The notes under the pieces: model-generated | Databases searched by the model: none | What the model saw: the letters and a program-made list of their open reading frames with translations, nothing else | What the model was told of the DNA's origin: nothing | NCBI GenBank assembly: GCA_043228905.1 | Contig: JBHGNT010000010.1 | Coordinates: forward strand, 4,650,001-4,714,000 | Direction: 5' to 3' | Length of the DNA: 64,000 bases | Source of the DNA: Azolla caroliniana | Taxonomy: Eukaryota > Plantae > Polypodiophyta | Position numbers and translations under genes: made by a program | In this document: one piece after another, positions 1 to 12,867 of the stretch | Numbering within the stretch: position 1 is the stretch's first letter | How the letters are laid out: each line of letters begins with the position of its first letter

Positions 1-2431
1 GGATTTTTGAAAAGCCTTTGATACTGTGGCGTGTCCCTACAGATATGCAATGGGGAATCTATGCATGGTATGAATCTATGTCAGGAAAAGTGCAGTATCC
101 CAAGGGTTTGTCAAAGGCGGTGGCTAGCACAATCAAAGTGAAACAACGATGCTCACTCTTGTGCACTCTCTGTGGTCATCTATATAGATGAGGTATCACG
201 TTACATAGAGAGATTCAGGGGTTCGGGTATAGTGGGTATAGCTATACAAATATTACTATATGCTGATGATATTGTGCTGATTTCTGACTCTCCGAAGGGA
301 CTACAAAGACATCTAAATTTCTTAAAACTATTTTGTATGGACAAAGGTTTGTCGATAAACATGGATAAAACTAAAGTGATGGTGTTTAACACCACTCAAG
401 CATGGGTAACAAGATCAGAGCCAGAATTCTTCTTGGGAGAGAAGGTGGAATACACACGCTCCTACACATACCTAGGAGTAACATTTATAGGGCCTAGGTT
501 CTCCTTATGGGAGGTTGCTTGTGCCTGACTTTCTCATGGATATGCAGCCCTTGGTGCTCTCGAAAGACAATGTGCACATTTGCAGTTCCAAGAGCCACGA
601 ACTAATTTGTGGTTATTTGATACACTTTGTGACACCAACTCTTCTCTATGGAGTTAAAATGTGGCAAATCATTGGAAAGATTTAGAGAGACCTTCAATGT
701 CAATGATTGCCCACATGAGAAGGAGCAAAGCATTGATGCCTTATGATATAATTTGACAATTCCGGCAGAGATGGGAGCAGCCCCGATAATCACCGAGGCA
801 TTATTTCGATCAGCGACCTGTATCCAAGGAGCTCCCTAAAGGAAGTTACTCAAGCTTAGCACTTATGTCATCAAAACAATCAGCTGAACATGGAGACATT
901 CATTGTTGGTATGTTGAAATGCAGCAATGGTTTGAGTCACATGGCATTAGCATAAATGCACTAATCCCATTCCAATATAGCTTGGATTGTCCCCGGCTAA
1001 ACATGACCAAAGTGAAAAAGAATAGAGTGATCCCAACTGATATTATTAACTTGGAAAACAAGATAACATGGATCAGCCCCAAAATATCACTTGGTATGAA
1101 GATGGCCCACTACAAGGCACTTTATACTGTGAGAAAAGCTGTTAATAGCAGCAGCGGAAGAGTTAGAACAAAATAGACACAGCCAAGCTGTGAGAAGGCT
1201 GTTAGACAGCAGTAGAAAAATGGTTGCAAAAATAGAGCTTGTTTTTAAGTAGCAACCAAAGTAAAAAAGTCTTTACAAAAGAGGCTGGTATAGCCTATTT
1301 ATACAAAATTGGGGAAAGTGGGTGAAATGGTTATTTGGTAGTAAAGTGGCTCTTGTACTACCAAACAGGTACAAAAAACTAGGAATAAAAGGGAATATCT
1401 TGGAAAAAGTAGAAGAGAAAAAAAGGCATTTAAAGCATTACAAATTCTAGAGAGAGAAGGCATTAAAGGAGTTGCAGATTCTAGAGAGGGAAGAATTTGG
1501 GAAGGGAGAGAATATAGTACAAAGATAATAAAGATGAAAGAGAGTGCAGGGCTGGAGCTGCCACCCTCCAACATATACACACATCGGAGGATGGATTCAT
1601 CATTAGGCCACCTTATATGGGCATACATCTATAATATGCATTGTGCAGTGTGATAAGGCAACTATGAACTTCATCACATCAGTTAGAGATTGAGGTCGCT
1701 AGATATGCACAAATACCTCTAGAAGGAAGAATTTGCTAATTGTGTCATCAAGGAGTGGAATGGGAAGAACACTATGTTTGTCATTGTAGTGTCTTTTATG
1801 AAATAAGAGGGAGATACCATTGCCTCTTTAAACAAGGTTTTGGCCCACTACACAAGGTAATGGAATATGAGGACCAATGTTGCCAAGGACTTTTCTTGCT
1901 AGAACTCAAAAGACACAGGGAAAAGTCGTTGAACGACAATAGTACAGCCACACAAGCTCATCCACAAAGAACAAGCACACATTTCTTTAGCCCCATCACT
2001 CTTACAAATGCTGCAAGTCAATCAAGGGCTACACAAATACACTCTTGACTAGGATATAACAAAGGGGTTACAATAGATCGGGCTATAGCAATTTGTCATG
2101 CATGTAGGCCCCGTTCCCATGGGCCACGAACTCACCACCCTTGTCATGCTTCCCTCGCTTGTAGACCTCTCCATTCTGGATTGACCCATGCTAGAGATTT
2201 TTCAAAAACAAAAGTTACAATATATCTGACTTGAGAATCTTACATGTGCCGAAAACAAGATTCTTTAGTCTCTTTTTACCTTATTTACTTTTATTTTTAA
2301 TTAGTAATATTTATTTTATTTTGATTTGTTCTCAGAGAGGAGACACCACTTAATATGTAATCTCATATATGGTCTTATATGCCATTGTGGCCTCCTAAAG
2401 GATGTTAATATATCATTCTCTCTCTCTCTCT
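1..2431 (+). mobile_element. Degenerate non-LTR retrotransposon (RTEX/RTE-like LINE), 3' part, inside a CAND1 intron
   Basis: RT motif remnants: a frameshifted DFEKAFD-like segment at ~2-27, LLYADDIVLI in ORF 172-528 and YTYLG. C-terminal SSHQLEIEVARY..RIC*LC..VEWEEHYVCHC at ~1665-1790. It ends in a (CT)n tail at 2416-2431. Many stops and frameshifts. Clade assignment is from remembered motifs only. Confidence 0.8.
1128..1573 (-). mobile_element. Solo LTR nested in the LINE
   Basis: Begins TGT (1128) and ends ACA (1573), flanked by a perfect 5-bp TSD TATAC (1123-1127, 1574-1578). TATAAATAGGC on the minus strand at ~1293-1303. It interrupts the LINE coding remnant. Confidence 0.8.
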
Positions 2432-2464
2432 GTGCTTAATTTTATAAGTGTCTTTGCCGTGTAG

Positions 2465-4833
2465 TGATGGAGATTTGCACATGTCTGCCTCAGCCCTTGA
2501 GCTTTGTTGCACAATGATGGATGATCAGAAGAACAACACAAATATAGATTCCTCAACCATAACAGAAAAAGTTCTTCCTCAAGCACTGACTTTGGTGCAA
2601 AGCTCTCTGCCTCAGGGCCAAGCTTTACAGGTATGCATAGTCTCATTAGTGTTTTGTCATAAGCTGTTTCTATATTAAGTTTTAATTTTTGCAACAACTA
2701 TTAATGTGATTTTCAGGCCTTGCAAAGCTTCTTTGCAGCCCTTGTCCAATCGGATAGGGCTAGCTTTAACAGCTTGCTTGATTCTCTTATTTCGACTGCC
2801 AAGGGCTCGGCATCTGGGGGTTCTGCTGTGAAGCAAGCTTTTTATTCCATTGCTCAATGTGTTGCTGTATTGTGCATTGCAGCTGGTGATCCTAAATGCT
2901 CATCTACAGTTGAAATGCTCGTAAATATGTTGAAGGGGAGTAAGAACTGTGCTCCGGTAGGTGGTTTCTTAATAGGTACGTGTACTGTTTTTTTATTTAG
3001 TTTTTGGGTTAAAATTGTATGCTCTATTTGTTTTGAATACAGATGACGCTCCTGGCTTTGCTTTGCCTTGGAGAGATTGGGAGGAGAAAGGATCTTAGCC
3101 TACATATGAATATAGAATGTGTGATCATCGATTCATTTCAATCTCCATCAGAAGAAATTAAAGTGGCAGCATCTTTTGCACTTGGAAACATTGCCGTAGG
3201 GAACTTGTCAAAGTATCTCCCTTTCATACTGAACCAAATTGACAGCCAGTCTAAACAGCAGTATCTTCTGCTACATTCTTTGAAAGAGGTGTGATGGTTA
3301 TATTCTAAAGAGATCTTCATACAAGATGCAAATGCAATCTAGTAGGTATATGCAAAATGCTCATGCGATGTAGTTGTTGAAAAATAGGTCATTGTAAGAC
3401 AATCGTTGGATGAAATTGGGAAAGTAGAGCTTAAAGAACCCGATCTGGAAAAGATCCTGTCTCTTCTTTTTGCTCACTGTCAGAGTGAGGAAGAGGGTGT
3501 CCGAAATGTTGTTGCAGAGTGCCTTGGAAAGATGGCTCTTATGGAACCTGAAAAACTAGTTCCAGCTTTACTGGTATATTCACATATGCTGGATGTATTA
3601 TGGTGCAATCTGTCTTCTTATTTTTCAGTTATGTTATGTTTTCAGGCTAGGTGTTCCAGCCCTTCAGCTTTCACCAGAGCTACAGTAGTTATTGCCATAA
3701 AGTACACTATTGTAGAGCGCCCTCAACCTATTGATGCCTACCTACAAACATGCATTTCCTCATTTCTTATGCTTATCAAAGACATGGACAGGGTAAGCTG
3801 CTGGAACTTTCTTGGTTTATTAAATGTAGATTAGAGAGTTTAGATGACAGATATGCATTTCAATCTCTCTTAACGGATTGCCTTCTTAATCTTCAGCATG
3901 TGAGACGTGCTGCTGTATCAGCTTTAAGTACAGCTGCGCATAATAAACCATGTCTAATTAAGGGTCTACTGCCAGATCTGTTGCCACTTTTATATGATCA
4001 AACTGTGGTGAAGGTAACCTTGGATTTTTTATAGCACAACTTTCTATACATAAATACATCACTCAGTTTGGCACGCTTTACAGAAAGAACTTATAAGGAC
4101 AGTTGACCTGGGGCCATTCAAGCATACAGTTGATGATGGACTTGAGTTAAGGAAAGGGGCATTTGAATGTGTTGATACGCTGCTTGACAGCTGCCTTGAT
4201 CAAATTAACCATTCAACCTTTATAAATCCATACCTTCTTTCTGGCCTGTCAGGTATTACAGAGCTAAGGCTCACAAGGTTGTTTTTGTGGCACAAAATCA
4301 AACAGGGTTTAGTTTTAATCTCAGATCCATCTTATCCTTGTAGACCATTATGATGTTAAGATGCCCTGCCATCTTATATTGTCAAAGCTTGCAGAGAAGT
4401 GTAGCTCAGCCATTTTAGCTGGTAATGATACTATTATGCATATTGATTTCCTGCTGATGATTCAGATACTGAAATTTTCTATTGGAATTTGATTTAGTGC
4501 TGGATTTATTGGTTGAACCACTGGAGAAGACTGTCACAAATAAGACAAAACAAGATGCTGTGAAGCAAGAAGTAGATAGAAATGAAGATATGATAAGGAG
4601 TGCCCTACGTGCAGTTGATTCCTTGAACCGAATAGGGTATAACTTTTGCAATCTCCGCATCTGAAATATATTTTGCATAGTCTGTTACCTAGTAATTTAC
4701 TGTATTTGTCGGATGCAGCGGCGGAGAGTGTAGTGCGAGGTTCAAGACATTTATGAACTCCGTTATTAAAAATGGCCATCTCTTAGAAAAGTACAATACA
4801 GTGCGTCAGGAGAGCGACACATTTGGGGCCTAA
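2465..4833 (+). CDS. CAND1: Cullin-associated NEDD8-dissociated protein 1 (TIP120), 3' exons; 5' part lies outside the window
   Basis: GT-AG exons 2465-2630, 2717-2956, 3043-3288, 3388-3573, 3646-3792, 3897-4013, 4084-4252, 4344-4421, 4498-4636, 4719-4833 splice in frame to TAA. Recognised motifs: [71 protein letters not shown]. Confidence 0.95.
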
Positions 4834-5539
4834 AGAAAAAAGATCAAATGCTGAGGCTAGTTATGTAATTCCAGAATTTGACATCCGTCACAACTGTAGA
4901 TAGTTATTACTGGGGTGAGCAGGGATTGGGATGGGAGCACATTTTGATCATTTATGATTGTGTTCCTTTACCACTTTCGTGGTGGTCGTGTGTATAAGTT
5001 TCCTGAATTTTGTAGGTTACAAAGATCACGGCTAGTGCGTAATATGCACTCTTAGCACATTATTTATCGAGATCTTTTAATTTGAAAACTTACTTTCCTT
5101 TTACTCATGTTTCAAATATACATGAAAAGACAAGACTGCTGTGTAATCTGCTTGCAAAACAATTTGTTGAGTTAAGTTTCAGCTTGCTGACATATGACAC
5201 TTGATTTAGGATTTCTTAATTGTTGCTCATGCAGCTGTAGCTATATAAATTCAGAGGCATTTGTTGGATGTAATGTTAATCTCGGCCATGTATCACATTA
5301 TTTCTGTCGGTTATCAATTCATTGTTGGCAATTGGAGGAAACCAAGTTTTGTGGATTTGAATTGTTCAATTTGTGGGGACCAGGCTCAAGGGATTTATGT
5401 ACCTTTTTGAGTTAGTCATGACTCATAACTATCTATTCTTCATTGTACTCTTATCTGTACAATCCTAAAATAACATGACTTGAGAAATTTGTTTTAAATA
5501 GTTTTAAATTATAGCAGACCATGGGGGAATGGCGAGGGA

Positions 5540-5624
5540 TGTTCATTTTAACTAATAGATAGGATAATAACTACCCATTGATCCTACTTGTTCATTTTAA
5601 TTAATAAATAGGATAATGGCTACC
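5540..5624. repeat. Short tandem duplication (~49-bp period, 2 copies)
   Basis: tgttcattttaa(c/t)taata(g/a)ataggataat..ctacc occurs at ~5540 and ~5589. Confidence 0.7.
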
Positions 5625-5689
5625 TAGAACCATAAAATCTGGAATTATGATCAATAATGAGTTGAGATCATAAAATGTCCTTGATATTA

Positions 5690-8590
5690 ATGTAATATAT
5701 TTGATTGCAATGGAGACAATGTGTATGAGCCATTTGAGTTTTCTTCAAGAAACCATAAACAAACAAGGTTGCTCATTAAAGAGAATGCAAAGCTACAAGT
5801 TATTGTTATTGAGAATGAGAATGAGAGTCTTAAGCAAATTGTTCTAGAACTTGAAGATGAGGTAAGAGAATGTAAGCATGCTTCATTTGAAACAAATGAA
5901 TGTTTCGACATGATTGAACTAAAAGAAACGGAAAAATGTATGCACAAGCTATTGTATGTTGTGGGGATATAGTCTCTAACTCGACTATTATGTATGTGAT
6001 GAATCAAGAAAAGAATTTGGGAAGTATAAATGTCCAAAAATTAAAAGAACGTGAATGGAGATCAAAGAATATTGTCATATGTGGGATTACATAAAAGAGT
6101 GTGGACACACTCACATTCCTCTAGGAGGTCATCAATGATTTCATTACTATGCATTATGGTGTGTCAGATTTGAGTGTGTATGGCGCACATCAAGTTGGGA
6201 AAAACATGGTGTTGCTTGTTTGGGAGAAAGGCACATTGTATGCACAATGGCCAATGATACAAAGAGAAGGAACATACTTGGTTGTACCTCAAAGGTACAC
6301 AATGCTTTGTGAATGAGGATTGAACTCTCACAACAAAATGCCTACTGTAAAACATATGAAACAAAATTTAAAAACAAGGTTAAGGATTTGCTCAAAGACA
6401 GAAAGTGGGCAAATAAGGACACGTGACCTACAGGAGAAATTCACATTTTCAACGTCTATACTTTTGGAATTAATGGATACCCATTCAAAGTGGGATAAAG
6501 GAGTTTACTAATGAATGGATATCGTACTTCTTGTTGAAACAAACATGGGAGAATGATATAAGGATTCAAGGTTTGGGCAACTACAACATACACTCCTTGA
6601 TATGGTTGAAAAATACAAGACAATGAAGAGGAGAAGGAGACAATGACATATTTGATGAAGAGAAAATTAGAGAAATATGTGTTGATCATAAAAAATGATG
6701 AACATTAATGTTACATATGGCTTAAAATTGAAACACCAAATGATATGGCCCTTTTTGTAGTTGGACGCCATATTCCTCGTGAAGATTTTAATTTCTATGC
6801 TTGTTTGGATTAAAACAAAATCTTGCTTATTAAAAAGCTAGGGGAGAAGTTATTGTCTTTGGTGAAATGAATCTCATACATGAATATTGTAACTTGATGT
6901 AAGGGGATATACAAACGTATAATAACTCTTTTATTGATGAAAAATATCATGATCAATTTGGGAAATTATTGTGACAAATGTGTTATATTACCATAATGCT
7001 AATTACAAATAGTCTTATACCAATGATTTTACATGTAGAAAACACAATGGAAATAGTATGATTGACTATATGTTTCTTTCTGAATGTATCTTAGATTGCA
7101 TACACATTCTCACTTGGTAAACAGACACAAGCATATGATCATAGGACTTTATGTATTGACCTCAAATGTATGAAAATGTTGGAGTGTGAGAAACCTAGTG
7201 ACAGTAATAAAAAATTGCATTTAACATAAACCTTAAATGAGCACCCATGTATTCAAAGATTGTTGAGGAGATGTTACAAATGACAAAGATACAACATGGT
7301 GCCACATTAGAATGTATAGGGGAAGCTTTCAAAAAAGTCATTTCTCATGTACAAACGATTGCTTTTCAACCAAACACATACCTTGATAAGGATTGTCATG
7401 AAGCTATGAGCAATTTGTGACTGATGTAGCTATAAGGATTGCCATGAATTGAAACTCATAGGCTTTGGGAATGTAGTAATCATGCTTTTGATATATGCGA
7501 ATGATGTAGTGTTTTTTGCAAATATTTTAGGAGATGCACAAAAGCTTATAAAAGTATTGGAAGAATTTTGCATGTATATTAAGTTAAATGTCAATAGCTC
7601 TAAAACAAAGATTTACTTGTGAAAAACAAAAAAAGAAGATAAACCATGCATTATGTGCAATAATGAGCCACTTGAAATTATGCCTTGGCATTGAAGTTCC
7701 TTCAAATCATAGATGGAATGAGTGTGCTATCTGTTGCTTAGAGACAAGAAAGGGAGCTTGTTATGCATTTAATGACATGTGCTATCATCGAGAAATTAAG
7801 AGTTGGGTCGTCAAGAAATACCTTTTGACACTTTGGTGACACCCATGATTCTCTATGGTTATGGAAATGTGGGGCTATACCATCCCTAAGTCCACTTGAA
7901 ACGAATTAAAAAATGTCCAAAAGCATTTCCTTAACAACGTTTCTCCAAGTCCAGAAACAAATTGGCAGGCACCCTCAGCTTCTTGAGAGGGCTCACTTCC
8001 AATTGAGATCATGACCATGGAAAGGGTTGTTGAATACATCATAAAGTTCAAATTTTTGTGTTCTATTGGGATGCAAGATGTGAAAAAATGGTTCGGAAGA
8101 TGGGATGCAACACACTTGCTTCATGATGCATCATTAGATTCTTCAATAAATGAGATATTTTTGCCTGCCAATGTATAATCACATGGGAAAAATGTGGAGG
8201 CTCATGTTTCACATATACTACTACTACTACTACCACATATGTTGCAACTAATTAGAAAACCAGATTATTTGCCAAACAGGGAAACCACACACATTGATGC
8301 ATGTTAGAGTCCATCTTCTTCTTGTCAGCCATCTGAACCATAGCTTCCATGCAACTTAGCTCACACACATGATGATGATGTGAAGATAGGGTGTTGAGAC
8401 ACAAGTGATGACAATAGTAGTCGACTACGCCGCAATATCATACGTTGAATACAATCTTCAGCCTATGATCACATTTCAACTATATTTTCTATACGTCTTT
8501 GACCAAATCCAATCGTTGGACGAAATTCTCTCACAGTTAGTCAGCAGTGTGCGCTCTCGATTGCAACATTCATTGGTGGAGTTCTTGAAC

Positions 8591-8644
<54 letters not shown>
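5690..8644 (+). mobile_element. Highly degenerate, internally deleted RTEX/RTE-like LINE
   Basis: Coiled-coil ORF remnant (5721-5972). APE endonuclease motif remnants: NVNG ~6048, VFGEMN ~6855, FTCRKHNGNSMIDY ~7027. Degenerate RT motif LIYANDVV at ~7488. Ends in an (AG)n tract at 8593-8644. Confidence 0.65.
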
Positions 8645-8647
<3 letters not shown>

Positions 8648-8772
8648 CGACTCAGTTTCACATGAATTTTACGTGAAGATGTAATATGTTTTGGTCAGAT
8701 ACATATGATCGATGGCCGAAGACTTGATTAAACAATCTATCTATGTCTTTCTCTGTGTGTGACATACTCACG

Positions 8773-8985
8773 AAAAACACATACTTGAGATTAACAACAC
8801 AAACAAACAAATATAGGTACATAAAAAAACACATAATTGAGATTAACAACACAAACAAACAAATATATGTACATAAAAAAGCACATAATTGAGATTAACA
8901 ACACCAAACAAACAAATATATGTACATAAAAAAACAAATAATTGAGATTAACAGCACAAAACAAACAAATATATGTACATAAAAA
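8773..8985. repeat. Minisatellite, ~52-53-bp unit, ~4 copies, upstream of the SR gene
   Basis: Unit ttgagattaacaacacaaacaaacaaatata(t/g)gtacataaaaaa..cataa starts at 8785, 8837, 8889 and 8942. Confidence 0.9.
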
Positions 8986-9059
8986 CCAGAAAAGCTTCTT
9001 CCTTTCTTCTTTACATTTTATATTTTTGGTGTTTGGGTTGGGAAGGAAGGGTTTTGTGT

Positions 9060-9136
9060 GAAGAAGAAGACAGAAGAAGACAGAAGAAGAAGAAGAAAGA
9101 AGAAAGAAGAAGAAGAAGAAGAAGAAGAAGAAAGAA
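9060..9136. repeat. (GAA)n microsatellite near the inferred SR gene transcription start
   Basis: Seen directly. Followed by a CT-rich leader and a 5'-UTR donor CG|GTAAGT at 9206/9207. Confidence 0.85.
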
Positions 9137-10118
9137 ACTTTGCATCTCTCCTTCTCTGTCTGTCTGTCTCTTGGAGCTATCTATCTCTGCATCAGTCGCG
9201 CTACCGGTAAGTCTCTCTATCTCTCTCTTTCTCTCGTATTCGAATTCGTCAGTTTTCTTTCTTCCCTTTTTCTTTTCTCCTTTGGTGTGTGTGTGCACCT
9301 GTGGTAGAGATTCCTGTCATGCCGACGCCACTCCACGCCCAAGGTTTCTGTCGCTCGCCGCGGTGCTTTTAATCCCCGAGTTTTACCGTTATTCTTTCGG
9401 TTTTAGAGTTTCAGGCCTTAGGGATTAGGGTGTCTCTTCCTTGGTCATTCCTGCAGATCAAGTTGGTTCGTTCGTGGCTTTCCTGTTTGGTAGAGTGTAT
9501 CTCATCACTGTATTGTGTTCCTGAAAAAACTTATACACGCTTTGTGTTTCTCTGATGCTTAGTACTCTTTTTTCTCAGCCAACTGGACCGAGTTTCATTT
9601 GCTATTATGAGGAAAACTTACACATTTAATGGGAATTTGAATGAAATACAAAATATCACAGATTTGCTGGAAATTTGTAGAACTGATTTGTATTTGTATC
9701 TGATATTGGCTCCTTATTACAATTTCTCAGTCAGAAATTTTAATAAAGTAGCACAAACATTTAAAAGAATCTTATAGAAGGTTTAGTACTAGAAATATTA
9801 GAGGTTTAGGTTTAAGATTTTGAATGCTATGTAAGGAACAACTTGTAATCTATGGATGCAAACCTGACCAGCATGTTGGATATAACTCTACCCAGTCTTC
9901 CATTTTGAGCTATACTTGTATAGCTTGAAGGCACTATCCTTGACACTAACATTTCTTTCTGGAGAAGAAGAGGCTAGACCTCTTTGGAGATGGGTCAGTT
10001 TATGCTAGGATTCATTTTTTTTAGTCAAAATCACTTGACTGTTGAACAGATATTAGTCTCTACAGGTAACGTTATAATTTTTGTTGCATTAATGATTGCT
10101 GGTTTGAATGTCTTTAGG

Positions 10119-12562
10119 ATGAGGCGACGAAGTCCTAGTTATAGCCCACCAAGAAGGGGCTATGGTGGACGAGATAGAAGTCCTCCTCGAGGACGCTATG
10201 GAGGATATAGGGATGCACCTTGTGGTCTTCTTGTTCGGAATATTCCAAAAGGCAGCAGGTTTCCTAAAATCAAATCAAGTGGTTCTATTTTTTTTGGATA
10301 AGTTCAGCAAGTTCTTCGAATGAGAGCTCACCATTTGTATCCTCAAAAATTTCAAATTTGTAGACCTGAAGATTTACGGGTACCGTTTGAGCAATTCGGA
10401 CGGGTTAGAGATGTATATCTTCCAAGAGATTTCCATACTGGGTAAGTAAAGATTTCCATTCATGCTGTTTCTATTGCATGTATACAAATTGTATTTTGCT
10501 TCTTAAATGATGTCTTTTTTGGTTACAATAACACGAAGATATGAATACTTCTTAAGAGGTTCTTGACAAAGTATAAATGTTCTTTTGTCTTTTGGGTCGT
10601 TTGTTGCTTGTGTGAAGTCATCTATTAATTTCCATTTATGTCCATTTCACGACATATAGATTTATTGAACCTTAGTATAGAACCTTTCGCTACTCTTGCC
10701 TCATACAATTTATTACCTAACTTTGTGGGCTATTTGAGGCTGTAGATGAGTGTATCAAAGAGTAAACATTTCCGGATCCCTCAAGAGATAAAGATTTGAA
10801 GAAAAGTTAAGATGAAGATATTTTCCAGATGCTTAAAGAGAAGATGTATAAAGTGGAGCAAAGTTTAGCTCAACTGATTATTGTCTCTAACGAAGTGAAG
10901 ATTGTGAAGTCCTTTACATTTATTTGAAGTGAAGATTTTGAAGTCGAGCAATTTTGTCGTCATGATAAGGTTAGCAGCCCAAGGGCTTGGCACCTTTTGT
11001 ATGTGTGAAGCATACGAATATCTTCTGATTAGAAATTTTAGAAATATTGTTTGATCTGTGGGTAAATATCATTCGAGAGTCATGGTGCTGCACAAGAGGT
11101 TTTTGCGAATGAAATCCCCAGATCTTCCATGAGTTTACGCTGATTTTCTACAGTTAAAGGCTGTATTGAATTCACTGTTCACTATTTTTATCCTGATTCC
11201 CATTATTGATGAAGTGCATTTTCTGTCAATTCTGATGCAGGGAGCCTCGAGGCTTTGGGTTTGTGCAGTTTTTGAACCCTTTTGATGCTGCAGAAGCTAA
11301 GAAATACATGGACAGGAGAATGTTTAATGGACGCGAAATCATGGTTGTTTTTGCAGAAGAGAATAGGAAGAAGCCTGAAGAAATGCGAATGAAGGAACGG
11401 GGAAGGTTAGTGTCCTACATTAGATGTGCTGCATAAATTGTGATATGTTTTTAGACAAAAATCCAAAATACCCTTGTTCAGCACCCTTTTGAGACAGTTA
11501 TATGTGCTATTTGAGCTTCATACCTCTTTCTTTTGTTTTAGGGGTCGAATGGGCTACGATGGTAGGAGATCACCTGATCATGGTAAGAAATTTCAGTTAT
11601 GCATAAGTGAAGTTTGTGTTTTTATTTTGGAAAACGGAGTTTTGTGTGTAATATCTTATCAAATTTACTTCCTCTGTAGGCTACACACCTCCACGCTATC
11701 GCTCCCCATCTCCAAGGAAAGGACGTTATTCAAGGTATAACTTGAATTCAGTATATAACTTTCTCCAACATGAAAATGATGTATGCCTATAGTTTGTATA
11801 TATATATATCTCAACAGGTCTAACGATGGTTCTTCTAGAAGAGGGAGGTATGGATCAATCTCTCCAGATGCACATAGGAGGGATAGAGATCGTTCACCGA
11901 ATGGCTTTGTAGATGCATCTCCAGTAGAAGTCGGGCAGGGAAAGATTGATAGAAACCGTGGAAGGCATTCCATATCTGATAGAAGGTCGTATTCCCCAGA
12001 TGAGCAAACGAAGTCTCCTAGTAAACAGGAGAGATTGCGGTATGTTTTATGTGGAGTTTCCCTCAGTTAATTTCATAACATTACAGAGCAATGTGAGTCA
12101 TATAGGTTGTAATGTTGCTGTAGCTCGCCATCTCCTCTACCTCAGTCTCAAAGATACTCTAGATCACCTGCAAGAGAGTCAAGGTCAAGGTCAAAGTCTT
12201 GGAGGCGGTCAAGGTCTTCTCCAAGCATTGATTCACCACCTCCGAGACGGCAAAGGCATGTATCAACTTCAAGGTCTCCTCGTTCTCACTCACCACCACC
12301 TAAGAGACAAAGGAATTCGGCACATTCCAACCATAGAGATTTGCCAGATCCAGGAAAGAAGATATATTCAAGCCTTACACCTGAAGAAAGGTAATGATCA
12401 TCATCTCACAGTGCTGTGAGATTTACCTTTGTACATGGGTTCATATGTTATAATAGTTACATTGAATATGGCTTGGTTCCTTTGCTTGGTGGATGGCATG
12501 GTACTGACTTTCTATGTTTGTCACAAAGGACATCGCAAGGAGAATCTCTTTCGCCTCAGTGA
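10119..12562 (+). CDS. SCL30: SC35-like serine/arginine-rich splicing factor (SCL subfamily, SCL30-like), ~333 aa
   Basis: Exons 10119-10258, 10364-10441, 11241-11405, 11542-11582, 11680-11734, 11818-12039, 12124-12390, 12529-12562 give a 1002-nt frame. N-terminal MRRRSPSYSPPRRGYGG, RRM ([44 protein letters not shown]), VVFAEENRKKPEEMR and an RS-rich tail. The last exon is less certain. Confidence 0.88.
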
Positions 12563-12673
12563 GTAGGATGGTTAATCAAGTCTATCCAAACTATGAAGAT
12601 CATTATAGCTACTGGGCTTTTAATTGCTGAGCTTGGAAGGTACAATTGTTTACCCTGTTTCAATAAGCAGACT

Positions 12674-12867
12674 ATCAAAGTGCTGCTATGCAATGGTGAC
12701 AATTATATTCCCCCTTTATCTTCATTTGAACTCTGTTCCAAGTATCCTTTTCTTGTAGATTTAGGATTGGTGATCAAAGTGCTGCTATGCAATGGTGACA
12801 ATTATATTCCCTCTTTATCTTTATTTGGACTCTGTTCAAGTAACTTTTTCTTGTAGATTTAGGATTG
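12674..12867 (+). repeat. ~99-bp tandem duplication in the SR gene 3' region, each copy carrying a 3' splice site
   Basis: atcaaagtgctgctatgcaatggtgacaattatattccc...ttttcttgtag|atttaggattg at 12674-12769 and 12773-12867. Confidence 0.9.

Noticed and set aside
8973-9428. 151-aa and 95-aa ORFs
   Set aside because: They are derived from (GAA)n and CT-rich leader/intron sequence of the SR gene.
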